Shown in pieces: positions 27,928 to 37,713 of a DNA stretch of 64,000 nucleotides (its first letter is position 1; the number at the start of each line of letters is the position of its first letter). The stretch is taken from positions 1 to 64,000 of the IMG/VR virus record IMGVR_UViG_3300037524_000450; one strand, 5' to 3'. A program made the translations under genes and the position numbers. The notes under the pieces are model-generated. The model made no database searches. It was given only the letters and a program-made list of their open reading frames with translations, and was not told where the DNA came from. The stretch is from a virus (taxonomy: Duplodnaviria; Caudoviricetes).

Positions 27928-29520
27928 ATGCCTTATTCTAAACGCCCTGAAATGTACCAAACATACATCCCTTTTGTAGAGATGTATATTAGAGGTATTG
28001 ACATTCTGCGCTCTCCTTCTGGGAAGCCTCGCAGTTTAATTTCTTTCTCGCATGATATCTATGCGGGTGCTGGTGGGTTTTGGACATTAGAAATTTTTGA
28101 CCCAGAATATGTTTCTGTGGAAGAACTTATGGTGTCCACACTTAACTACGCGGTTACCAAACCAGAAGATTCAGGCTATGGTTCTGACGAAGGTGGAGGT
28201 ACTGACGAAGAAGCGGTTAACGTATCGACTGCTCATTTCCGTTATGGGTATCTTGGTCATAACCAGCAAGAACGAGTAGTAAGTACTTCTCCTAATGGAG
28301 AAGAGTTTTTTTATGGCATGGTTCATTCTTATATCCCAACGTATGAAACTAATGGTACGAGATTAGTTATCCGTGGGGATTCTTCTGGTTCGATGTGGAG
28401 AAGGCACCCTAAAATCGAGGGAGTTTTTACAGGATTAAGTGTGTACCAAGTAATCGAAAAAATTTGTGAAGAACGTAAATGGACATTAGTCCCGTTAGGT
28501 ATGGGGGCTAATCCAGAATCCTCTTTGCCATTACAGAAACGACCAGAAGATTTTAAGAAGACAGATGCTTCATACGATACGACAGAAGAAGAATACCCGT
28601 CATTCACCATTAGAGAAGGGGAAGACCACGTACAATTCATTAATCGTTTGTGTTTAGAAGCACGCCCTAATGATTCTAAGTATGACGTTTTTATGTGCCG
28701 ACTAGAGTATAGAACGCTTAATGAAAAGCCTGAAACTAAACCTACGGGGTATTTGTATTTTGGCCCGGTTGACCATGTTACTCAAGAACCGGTTCGACAA
28801 TATATATACATGCGAGACCCTCGGTCAGACATAATCCAGTTTAGTAATAACGCTCAAGTTTGGGCTGCCCAAAGTACTGGGGCAGCAGGGGTTGTGTGTA
28901 CCTCTGAAGATGCTAAACTAGGCGATATACAAATGCGATATCTAGACGATATAAACCGTTATATGTATTATGATCGTGAGTCTCGGCCCCCTGTAACGTT
29001 TACTTCTTCTATGTTAGAAGATGTTGCTTACCCAGAAGGAGAGGTGGGTATTGAAGGGGCTGACGAAAAGAATGAAGGTGGTGGGTCAGACCCAAATCGG
29101 TTAAGTGTTAAAACAATGGCAAAAATGTCAGCTCCTGGGGCAGAACTACCTATTGCTACGGTTGATCGTCGTCAAGCTGACAGAGAAGCTATGCAGTATT
29201 GGCTTACGATGCAAAACTGGGTAACAAAAGGGAACTTACAAATCATTGGTGACCCTTCCCCAGAAATAGCCCCTGGTAACCTTATTACTGTTCTTGTGCT
29301 AGTCCCGCAAGGAGACCCGGAAGCGCAGAAATTAGCTTTTCATTGGACTTCGTCTGTGTGGCTAATTATTGGTGTTAACCACGAAATTCGTCCTGGGGAA
29401 ATGATAACGAACCTAGAACTAACCCGAACTGGACTTTCAAAGGGTGGTGCTACAACCAAGGCTGCATACAGAGCATTCCACAAAGCTTTAACTCCTGGGC
29501 AGTTGGAGAGGACAAGCTAA
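27928..29520 (+). CDS. Baseplate hub protein (gp27 / Mu gp44 / P2 gpD-like, 530 aa)
   Basis: Position between LysM and spike genes; C-terminal GNLQIIGDPSPEIAPG...WLIIGVNHEI...TNLELTR. Confidence 0.75.
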   Translation: MPYSKRPEMYQTYIPFVEMYIRGIDILRSPSGKPRSLISFSHDIYAGAGGFWTLEIFDPEYVSVEELMVSTLNYAVTKPEDSGYGSDEGGGTDEEAVNVSTAHFRYGYLGHNQQERVVSTSPNGEEFFYGMVHSYIPTYETNGTRLVIRGDSSGSMWRRHPKIEGVFTGLSVYQVIEKICEERKWTLVPLGMGANPESSLPLQKRPEDFKKTDASYDTTEEEYPSFTIREGEDHVQFINRLCLEARPNDSKYDVFMCRLEYRTLNEKPETKPTGYLYFGPVDHVTQEPVRQYIYMRDPRSDIIQFSNNAQVWAAQSTGAAGVVCTSEDAKLGDIQMRYLDDINRYMYYDRESRPPVTFTSSMLEDVAYPEGEVGIEGADEKNEGGGSDPNRLSVKTMAKMSAPGAELPIATVDRRQADREAMQYWLTMQNWVTKGNLQIIGDPSPEIAPGNLITVLVLVPQGDPEAQKLAFHWTSSVWLIIGVNHEIRPGEMITNLELTRTGLSKGGATTKAAYRAFHKALTPGQLERTS

Positions 29521-30896
29521 TGGCTGATATAAGACAAACCCCTGGTGACTTAGCCGTAGATTGGCGGCATGGTGAAGGTGTTCATCGCAGGGATAAACTC
29601 CAAATTATGCGAGGAGTTGTTGAGTACAACAGAGATCCAGACCACAGGGGACGGGTTATTGTCCGTGTTGCCGATGACGGCCTTGAGATGCATCCAATTC
29701 AGAAGAACACTGCGTTACAACCAACCTTCGGTTTACCGTGGGCGTCTCCTCTTTTTGGGTACGGCTCTGGTTCAGGGTTTGGTGCGTACACTGTTCCGCC
29801 TGTTGGTTCGCGTGTTTTTGTCATGTTTGAAAAAGGCCACCCAGACCAACGTTTGTACTTTGGTGGCTGGTCAGCTAATAGTCCTCGTCAAAAACGATAT
29901 GGAGTAACAAAGACGACACTAACACCCCCGACAAAAAAATCAACAATAGAACCCGGATTCAATGCAGAAGGCAACAAAGGGGGAGATTTTAAGTATCCTC
30001 CAAAGCCAACTCCTTACCAGGGCTACTGGATGGAAGAGCAGGGGCCTGAGAGGCCCCTAGAACTCGCGGAGATGATAGACCATACTCCGGACAGCCAGAT
30101 GTACTTCAAAACGCTCAAGGGGGCTTCTCTGCTCGTTAAAGAGCGGGATGAAGCCGAGGAGATGGTTCTTACAGATCGTTTGGGTGCTGAATTACGTTTT
30201 GAATCCAACACGCCTATTGTCGAGAACGGTGTGCTGCGGCGGAATCGTGTATCCAGCACGCAGCACGAGGCTATGAGCCTGGATAATCTAGCGCACTTTA
30301 AACATAGCGTTTCTTTGACTACAGCTAATCATGCCGGTCTCGAAATCGTGGCAACTACGAATGACGATGATTCTATCCTGCTCCAGACTCACCCGAAGGA
30401 GAATAGCCGAGGGTTGAGCCTTGGCGGTGGTGGTGGTTGAGGCGCTGGCCGGTTCGCAGGTCGCGGGCCTGGAAATTCTGTAAGTGAGGATCAAGAGGGC
30501 ATCATAAAGAATATCGAGCTTAAGAAAAGCCGTATGGCGCTCGATTTGGACCCTGGAGAACAACGTATCCGTCTCGTTTACAGAAATGACAACGAGAACT
30601 TGGGTGTCATAGACTTTGACATCATTAGTAAGCGACTGGAGATTAAAGGCTTAGATGATATTGACGTTGTCTCTGACGCTGACATCAGTCTTCAAGCTCC
30701 TAGGATCAGCTTACTTGGCGATGTAGAGATCAATGGAGAAATACGTCATTGGGGTGGCAAGAAGCTCACCTTTATGGACAACGACATGGAGCCATATGGG
30801 ACACAGACACGTAATTACTGGCCCTATGATAAGCCTATCGCTCCTTACCAGATTGGTAATGGGGGAAGCTACGTGGAGCCGAGGGAGTATAAGTAA
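29520..30896 (+). CDS. Baseplate central spike (gp5/VgrG OB-fold plus beta-helix), 458 aa with in-frame TGA at codon 307 (candidate selenocysteine)
   Basis: OB-fold motifs GVVEYNRDPDHRGRVIVRV, LPWASP, VPPVGSRVFVMFEKGHPD. Track ORFs 29520-30440 and 30534-30896 share a frame with only the TGA 30438-30440 between them; the second has no SD. Confidence 0.7.
30449..30472 (+). promoter_or_regulatory. Candidate bacterial SECIS element
   Basis: GGUUCGC-AGGUC-GCGGGCC 7-bp hairpin (30451-30469), extendable by 2 bp; the loop starts 17 nt after the UGA, as in the E. coli fdhF SECIS (GGUUGC-AGGUCU-GCACC). Confidence 0.6.
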
Positions 30897-33800
30897 TGGC
30901 TGAAGTTCAAGGAGATATCCTAGCTTTATACAAATACTACAGACTTTCAGACTATGAGAGTACTTGTTTAACTTTAAAGAATAAGATTCTTATAGAGTCT
31001 GCCATATGGTTTGAAGGCTATATGGATTTCTCCTTTAAGTGTTGCCGCTTTGAAAAGCCCATATACTGGGGCGTAGAGGGGGCACGACTTGAGGGGGATA
31101 CTAGAGGCACAGACGAGAACGATGACACGTTCCCTATTTATGGGTCCAACGGGTTAAACTTTGACACCTGTACGTTTACGCCTGATGCTCCAGTAACTAT
31201 AGAGGCAAACTGCGTTGCTCTTTTTATAAATTGTGTTTTTGAGGGAGACCAAGTTTTTACTATTGGGAACAATACTCGTGTAGAATTTATAGACTGTACA
31301 TTTAATTTGTGGCGTTTCGATATCACGGATTATTGTGACGTTCGTTTCCGTCGGTGTACTTGGACCTCTCCTCGTTACCATGCGACTATTGCTAATGGCT
31401 GCCAATGTACATACCATGATTGTGAATACAACATTGCTCAAACGTACGTGATGAACATTAGCCAAGATAGTAAAGTTATTATGACTGGGCATACGCCTGT
31501 AGACATTACTTCAGGTATTACAATGTTCATAGTGTCGGATAAATCTTCTTTGGATATGTATAATTTTGGTACACTAAGCACACCAGAATCTTGTTTAGAT
31601 ATTGATGACTCTAAGTATAAAGGTCGCAAAATAAAATTGATGTCTGCGGTTAAGGACACAGTTGTCGCAAATAATAAGGCTGAAGTATTTTTGAAAGAAG
31701 TTGACGAAATTATTTCAGTTTTAACTGCCCTAAAGTTTACAGATTCTCTTCTTCGTATGGAAGTAAATCAACTTACACAAGGAATAATTCATGGAATTGA
31801 GGCTTTTGACCAAAGTGAAATTATTGTTAAAGACTTTGACAAAATAATTGGAATAAACTTGGACGCGATTTGGGGGAGCGAGTCCAATTTTAGAGTGTTT
31901 GATGGTAACATCATTATGAACGAATCAGAAGCAGCCGGGATTTATTTAACCGGGGTTAGTAAATCTATATTTAAGAATATTTCAGGAAAGATTCAGGGCA
32001 TGTTTTATGGTATTAACATAAACGATCAAGCTGAAATATCCATTGATACTTGCCCTCTAATTTATGGCGTTATTTATTATGGTATTTTTTATAATAATCC
32101 TAAAATTGAATGCATAAATGTGGACACAATTAAGGGATTAATCCATGGTATTCATGGAGTAGACGGTACCCTTAGAATAAGAAACACCAGTATTGAGATC
32201 TATGGTGAAACTGAACATGGGATGGACATAACAACCACCCTGTATGAGTTTAAGGACATTGACTTTATTCACGGGCTGCTTAAAGGGGCGATCCTTACAA
32301 ACTGTAAGGGAGTCCTTAAAGATGTTAGAGAAATCCAAGGAGAAACAGAAGAGGGTTTAGTTCTTCTGGGCATGTCAGGCCCAACAGAATGGATCACCGT
32401 CCAGAAAATTTGGTCCCCTGTTATGCAGGGGCTTATCTTTACGGGAGACGCAGCGCAGAGTCGGTTTAGCGGTATCGAAGAAATTTACTCTCTAACATTA
32501 GAGGGAGTTATCTGGACACAATCTGGTGGTGTAGCGGTATTTAGCCACTTTGGCCATATCTACTCTATACCCGAGTCCGGGCTGGAAGTACATATTTCTG
32601 AAGGTGCCATTTTAGAAATGGATATTGGGGACAAGATCACTTCAGAAGAAAAACATGCTATTGAAGGTGACAACGCAGGTATTTTGGTCTTTACTAATAT
32701 TGACGAGATCAGTAGCCAAAATGGGGATATTGTAAAACTTACCGGATCTGGAGAAGACTCCAGCACCAAGTTTAAGACTATTCAGTTAATGAAAACAGAC
32801 CAAGCTCCTGACGATGCTATTAAAATTGCAGGCAATGGTGTTGTTGTATTACAGGATATCCCAGAAATAACTGTTAAAGAGGCTGCTGAATATGTTGTCA
32901 AGCTTAGTTCTTTGAACCCTGGTTATGGGAATATTAAAGTACTAGACTGCAAGTCTATAACTGCTGAAAAAGCAAAGGGCGGCTTAAAGGTTTCAGATGC
33001 ACTTATAACAGATGTTGTTGGTATAGACGAACCATGTGAGATTAAGTTAGAAGAAGCTGAAATAGCTGTTTTTGACGCATCTAGCACTAAACTATATTTT
33101 AGAAACTACTCTGAGATTTCTGCCACAGATGGAGAGGCAGATGGGGTTAAGCTTGATGACCTTAGTTTTTCTGGAAGTGAGATGGAGCTTTATAACATAG
33201 AGCTTATTAAAGCTAAGGGGCATGGTATTAATATCACTTCTTCGGGGAAAATTAGCCTAGTAGAAATTAAAGAAGTGGATGTGTCTGAGGGTGAAAAAGA
33301 CGCCTTGCACTACGAGGGGGAAGGGCACTTATACCTTCAGGGGCAGACTGTTCCAGTAAAACTAAGCGCAAAAGATGTTAGTAAAAATGCTATTTACGTG
33401 TTGGGCACTAGTATAGCCCAGGCAGAATTTGTTAATGTAGAGACACAAGCAGATAAAGGAAAGAGTATTTTTGAAAAAAGCGATCTTCTCCTTGTTCGTA
33501 ATAAGTTAAAAGGCGATGTATCGTTTACAGATTGTGTTGCTAGAAGTGTTCAAAATGTTTTCTCTCGGAGTATTGAACACGTAACAGCAAAGGTGGATTA
33601 TTATAACAGTGATATTACACTAGCTGTTGACCCTGGTGAAGAAACAGATTTTGTTGTTGACCCAGAAAGTGCTGTGTACTTATTTAGGTCAGATATAACA
33701 GGGACAGGAAAAGTAAGTTCTGATGGTGTCATACATGGGGATATAAATGAGTTTGCTGTCCCAACAGTAGAAGGCACAACAGGTGTTTGGTTGTTAAATG

Positions 33801-34930
33801 TGTGTTCCCTCGATTCTACTGTTGATATTTCAAATAGCGCGGCTATTTTTAATTTATGCACAAGTGCTCAAGCTACTTCTTTGTCAGCTAGTGCTGTTAT
33901 TGGTAATTTATGTACTTTTGAAGATGCCCTTGATATTCTTTCTGGCGGTTGTTCAGTAATGAATTTAGTCGAAGTTACTGGTAAATTAACTGCTGCAGGA
34001 GGCAACATTTTAAACGGGTGTAATACTGGGTCATTGGACGGTTCTCTTGCAGTTATTGCTAATGGCCTATTCTGCCACCAAACAACAGACCTTGCAGGTT
34101 CTACTGCCGCTATTTTAAACAAGTTTGAGACAGATGGCCCATTAGATGTGTCTTCAAAAAGTGCTTTAATCATTAACCAGGGTAAAATGGATAATACTAC
34201 TACATTAGCCGAGAATGTTGCTTTCATTGGTAACCAAATTGACAATGGCTTAACTAGTTTTGCTGTTGGTAGCTCTTCTGGCGTGTTTTTAAACGAAGGG
34301 ACTTTGGGGCCTGCTACAATTGCGGCTGAATCTGGTGTTGTGCTCAACTCTGTTGTGCTCGCAAATAATTTAACTGTGGCAGAGGATACAGGTATTATAT
34401 TTAATCATGTTGGTGGGGCGGCAGATGACCCTGACTACACTTTTGGAGAAAACAGCGGGATTTTAGCTAATTGGTTGCAGGGAAACAGTGTTACGCTTTC
34501 TGGCGGAGGATTTTTAGGACATACAGGGTTAGTTTCTGCTTATATGCAGCTTGAAGAGGATTTTACTCTAGCTACAGATACAGCCGCTATTATGGCTTCT
34601 CAAGTCGTGCGCGGTATTTGTACCTTACCTGAAAAAGCTAATATTATTGGTTGTGGTGTATTTTATACTGACACAGGGTATGAAAGTCCTACTGGAGCGG
34701 GGCACGCTATTCTTTTGCACGATTACCAAATGGGCGATTCGTCTAATCATGTCCTTGGCTTTAAGACAGGTATTGTTATTCGTGGCACAAACGATACTTC
34801 CCAGGTACTAATCAAAACTCCACACACCTCGGCTCAATGGGGTGATGGCACCTCTAGAGAAAATGTTCGTGTACGTGCAGACGAAGGAGTTATTCAACTT
34901 AACACAGTGTTAAATGATTACACATTTTAA
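30896..34930 (+). CDS. Large right-handed beta-helix tail protein (1344 aa)
   Basis: Continuous ~22-26 aa repeats (e.g. NCVF, DCTF, GIHGVDG, GNLCTF); acidic; coupled to the spike gene by TAATG. Confidence 0.7.
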   Translation: MAEVQGDILALYKYYRLSDYESTCLTLKNKILIESAIWFEGYMDFSFKCCRFEKPIYWGVEGARLEGDTRGTDENDDTFPIYGSNGLNFDTCTFTPDAPVTIEANCVALFINCVFEGDQVFTIGNNTRVEFIDCTFNLWRFDITDYCDVRFRRCTWTSPRYHATIANGCQCTYHDCEYNIAQTYVMNISQDSKVIMTGHTPVDITSGITMFIVSDKSSLDMYNFGTLSTPESCLDIDDSKYKGRKIKLMSAVKDTVVANNKAEVFLKEVDEIISVLTALKFTDSLLRMEVNQLTQGIIHGIEAFDQSEIIVKDFDKIIGINLDAIWGSESNFRVFDGNIIMNESEAAGIYLTGVSKSIFKNISGKIQGMFYGININDQAEISIDTCPLIYGVIYYGIFYNNPKIECINVDTIKGLIHGIHGVDGTLRIRNTSIEIYGETEHGMDITTTLYEFKDIDFIHGLLKGAILTNCKGVLKDVREIQGETEEGLVLLGMSGPTEWITVQKIWSPVMQGLIFTGDAAQSRFSGIEEIYSLTLEGVIWTQSGGVAVFSHFGHIYSIPESGLEVHISEGAILEMDIGDKITSEEKHAIEGDNAGILVFTNIDEISSQNGDIVKLTGSGEDSSTKFKTIQLMKTDQAPDDAIKIAGNGVVVLQDIPEITVKEAAEYVVKLSSLNPGYGNIKVLDCKSITAEKAKGGLKVSDALITDVVGIDEPCEIKLEEAEIAVFDASSTKLYFRNYSEISATDGEADGVKLDDLSFSGSEMELYNIELIKAKGHGINITSSGKISLVEIKEVDVSEGEKDALHYEGEGHLYLQGQTVPVKLSAKDVSKNAIYVLGTSIAQAEFVNVETQADKGKSIFEKSDLLLVRNKLKGDVSFTDCVARSVQNVFSRSIEHVTAKVDYYNSDITLAVDPGEETDFVVDPESAVYLFRSDITGTGKVSSDGVIHGDINEFAVPTVEGTTGVWLLNVCSLDSTVDISNSAAIFNLCTSAQATSLSASAVIGNLCTFEDALDILSGGCSVMNLVEVTGKLTAAGGNILNGCNTGSLDGSLAVIANGLFCHQTTDLAGSTAAILNKFETDGPLDVSSKSALIINQGKMDNTTTLAENVAFIGNQIDNGLTSFAVGSSSGVFLNEGTLGPATIAAESGVVLNSVVLANNLTVAEDTGIIFNHVGGAADDPDYTFGENSGILANWLQGNSVTLSGGGFLGHTGLVSAYMQLEEDFTLATDTAAIMASQVVRGICTLPEKANIIGCGVFYTDTGYESPTGAGHAILLHDYQMGDSSNHVLGFKTGIVIRGTNDTSQVLIKTPHTSAQWGDGTSRENVRVRADEGVIQLNTVLNDYTF

Positions 34931-34940
34931 AGGAACTTAA

Positions 34941-35633
34941 ATGTACTCAATGCAATTGCCTAATTTAAATGTGCCCGTCTTTGTACCAAGAATGGCACGA
35001 GTCAATAATCTGAAGAGAGTAAACGAGCTTACGGTGGACGTAACCCCGTTACTCAGGGTTGAAGGGACGAGACAGTTTATGTACGCCCCAGACAAAGAAC
35101 CAAACCAATTAGCTTCTGCGATATGGTTATCCGGCGTTATAAACTTGGTACATTTAAAAAAAGATATGCGTTTCCTGGGCGATACGGAAACGACTTTTAT
35201 AAATATGATACCTCCCGAAACGGATGTAACGTCAATTTACGCCTTGGTGAAAGCCTTAGATGCTGTAGGAAGGGAACATAAGCTCCGCTTTTCACTTTCC
35301 AAGCTTAACAAATGGACCGATTTGTTACTCGCTATTATGGAAGGCTACACGGTTATAGTTGGCGGGACAGAGTACGAGAGCTTCAAGGAAGCAGAATTAA
35401 CAGGGATTGTCCCGATGCCAAAGCCGGGTGAGGCTTTATTAAATGGTCATGTATTTAATGTCATAGCCTTTGACCAAAACAAGGATATGGCGCTCGCAAT
35501 AGGGAACCGGGGGATGAAGGCAGGTAAGCGCGGACAGTTCCAATACAGAGGCTCTTATCTTCGTAATCTCAGTATATGTCGTGACTTTTTCGTAGTTATG
35601 CCGAGGGTTGACCATGCCAGTGATACCAGATGA
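34941..35633 (+). CDS. Papain-like (C1A) fold protein, apparently catalytically inactive
   Basis: GYTVIVGGTEYESF, GIVPMPKPGEALLNGHVF, GNRG..AG.RGQF match the bacterial C1A C-half; the QLGSC motif appears as QLASA. Confidence 0.65.
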   Translation: MYSMQLPNLNVPVFVPRMARVNNLKRVNELTVDVTPLLRVEGTRQFMYAPDKEPNQLASAIWLSGVINLVHLKKDMRFLGDTETTFINMIPPETDVTSIYALVKALDAVGREHKLRFSLSKLNKWTDLLLAIMEGYTVIVGGTEYESFKEAELTGIVPMPKPGEALLNGHVFNVIAFDQNKDMALAIGNRGMKAGKRGQFQYRGSYLRNLSICRDFFVVMPRVDHASDTR

Positions 35634-36138
35634 AGAACAGTTGATCGTTCAAAATACAGTAGCCACTAATCTCCTAGAGATTATTGGTACTGGTATTGAC
35701 TTTCCTTTTCGGTATGTCTCCGGTAACACTGTCGGGAAGATTATTGAGTCCAATGCTGGTGAGCGGATTAAAGATTCGATGCACCTAATTTTAAGCACCC
35801 GGATTGGCGAGAGAATGTTCAACCCTGAGTTTGGTAGTCGGCTCCCCGAGCTGGTGTTCGAACCTAACGATGATATTCTTAAAAGCTTACTCAGAATCTA
35901 CACGGTAGAAGCCCTACGACGCTGGGAAAAGCGCATTGATATCGTGAATGTCGTTATGATAGATAACTATAACGACGACAGAAGCATGGTCGGGATTTAT
36001 ATTGAATATGTGATCAGAAACTCACATATTAAAGGGAGTTACGTTTATCCCTTTGTCCGAGAGGGTATGCCAACATCAGACCTTTATACTGGGTCTGAAC
36101 AGAGGCGCATGACCACAGCGGGGCAGGTAGTACTATAA
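35614..36138 (+). CDS. Baseplate wedge subunit, gp25 / P2 gpW-like
   Basis: GTGIDFPF, IKDSMHLILSTRIGERMFNPEFGSRL, ALRRWEKRI; GAGGG SD sets the start at 35614. Confidence 0.92.
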   Translation: MPVIPDEEQLIVQNTVATNLLEIIGTGIDFPFRYVSGNTVGKIIESNAGERIKDSMHLILSTRIGERMFNPEFGSRLPELVFEPNDDILKSLLRIYTVEALRRWEKRIDIVNVVMIDNYNDDRSMVGIYIEYVIRNSHIKGSYVYPFVREGMPTSDLYTGSEQRRMTTAGQVVL

Positions 36139-36150
36139 GGATGGACTGAT

Positions 36151-37704
36151 ATGGCTGTTGTTAAGTATAAGCCAGACTACTTTTTAAAGGATTACGCCAC
36201 AATCCGAGAAGAGATGATCTCTCGGCTGCCTATCATTTCTGAAGGTAAGCTGACGGACCTTAACGAGTCATCTATCTCTGTAACACTTGTGGAAGTATTC
36301 GCCGCCATAGCAGACATGCTGGCTTTCTACCTTGACTCCTCTGCCCTGGAAGCTTTCTTACCAACCGTTCGGCAACCAGAAAACGTTCACAGGCTTGCCA
36401 AGCTGATCGGTTATCGTATCCGGGGAGTTACCTCTGCTCAGGGTAAGGTACAGTTTACTCTTGGTGTGGCGATGAATGACGAGGTTTTTATTCCGAAGGG
36501 AACTCGGCTTGCCACTATTACGGGTGGTGGGATTAATGACAAAGGGTTGTTCATAACAACTGAAAATGCTGTTATCCCCATTGGCCAAACAGAGAGTGAG
36601 CTGGTAACTGCAATTCAAGGCACGCCGTACACAGAGACTTTCGTAGGTACTGGCGCTTCAAACCAGTCCGCCCAATTAGCACAGCAAAGTATTGATATTT
36701 CTACACTTAGAGTTACTTCTGGTAACGTTCTTTGGACACAGGTAGACTCCTTTCTGTACAGTCAAGTAGAGGATAGACACTACTACGTAGAAGAAGATTA
36801 CCTGGGTGTTATACGTATCTACTTTGGCGATGGGAAGTATGGGAAGGTTCCTGCTGTCGGAGAGACAGTTTCGGTAGAGTATCTTAGATCGTCTGGCGCA
36901 GACGGTAATGTGGGTGCGGGGTCAATCTCACTTATCCTAACCACGATCTCAACACTTGCAGGAGCTGTTGTTAATGCTATCACTGTTACTAACCCGGACT
37001 CTACGGCGGGTGGTAGTAGTAAGCAGTCTTTAGAACAGGTTAAAACGAACGCCCCTGGTTCTTTGTCTGCTCTTTACCGTCCGATGACCAAGTATGACTA
37101 TAATGCTCTGCTTCTTCGCCTTGGTGGTATTCAGCATGTTAACGTTTGGGGCGAGCAGGAAGAAAACCCCCCGTCTTATGAAAATATGAACTGGGCGAAT
37201 GTTTGTTTAGTCCCCGTTAATGGTGGGTTACCTTCACAAAACTTAAAAGAAATTGTTAAGGAATATCTACTCGATTATCAACCAATTACTGTTCGGGTTA
37301 GGTTCATTGACCCAGAGTATATTTATGTGAATGTCTCCTTGGATGTATACATAACACCCGGATATTCTCTAAAGGATACTCGTATTAAGATTGCAGATGA
37401 TATTAAAGAATTTTTTGAGTTGGAAAACGTAAAATTTGGACAGGATATCCGGGTGTCTAGGTTTTACAAAATTGCTATGGATTATGACGAAGTAAACCAC
37501 GTCTTTGTCGATGATCTTGTGACCTATGACCCGGACGCGGATGAAGAAACTACTGTAGGGCAACAACTTGTATTGCAGAAGTGGCAGATTCCGGTTTTAA
37601 ATGACCTCGAAGTTACTGTATACGAAGCTACAGAGCTTCCAATACCAGACCTATACCCAGACGAAACTTTGGATGAAAGTACTCTCTGGGATTATGACGG
37701 ATAG
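36151..37704 (+). CDS. Baseplate wedge protein, gp6 / P2 gpJ-like (517 aa)
   Basis: KDYATIREEMI, AKLIGYRI, IYFGDGKYGKVP, YLRSSGADGNVGAGSI, AGGSSKQSLEQVK. Confidence 0.92.
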   Translation: MAVVKYKPDYFLKDYATIREEMISRLPIISEGKLTDLNESSISVTLVEVFAAIADMLAFYLDSSALEAFLPTVRQPENVHRLAKLIGYRIRGVTSAQGKVQFTLGVAMNDEVFIPKGTRLATITGGGINDKGLFITTENAVIPIGQTESELVTAIQGTPYTETFVGTGASNQSAQLAQQSIDISTLRVTSGNVLWTQVDSFLYSQVEDRHYYVEEDYLGVIRIYFGDGKYGKVPAVGETVSVEYLRSSGADGNVGAGSISLILTTISTLAGAVVNAITVTNPDSTAGGSSKQSLEQVKTNAPGSLSALYRPMTKYDYNALLLRLGGIQHVNVWGEQEENPPSYENMNWANVCLVPVNGGLPSQNLKEIVKEYLLDYQPITVRVRFIDPEYIYVNVSLDVYITPGYSLKDTRIKIADDIKEFFELENVKFGQDIRVSRFYKIAMDYDEVNHVFVDDLVTYDPDADEETTVGQQLVLQKWQIPVLNDLEVTVYEATELPIPDLYPDETLDESTLWDYDG

Positions 37705-37713
37705 GAGTAAATA

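Noticed and set aside
30418-30483. +1 frame peptide ALAVVVVEALAGSQVAGLEIL echoing the upstream AGLEIV
   Set aside because: It needs two compensating frameshifts to join the spike halves, versus one UGA with a correctly spaced SECIS-like hairpin. Kept only as an alternative to test with homologues.
35631-35633. TGA stop of the papain-like gene as a second Sec site
   Set aside because: No SECIS-like hairpin follows, and readthrough would add only 11 aa before TAA inside the gp25 overlap.
35614-36138. gp25-like protein as a lysozyme
   Set aside because: That is a legacy family label; gp25/gpW proteins are structural sheath-initiating wedge subunits.
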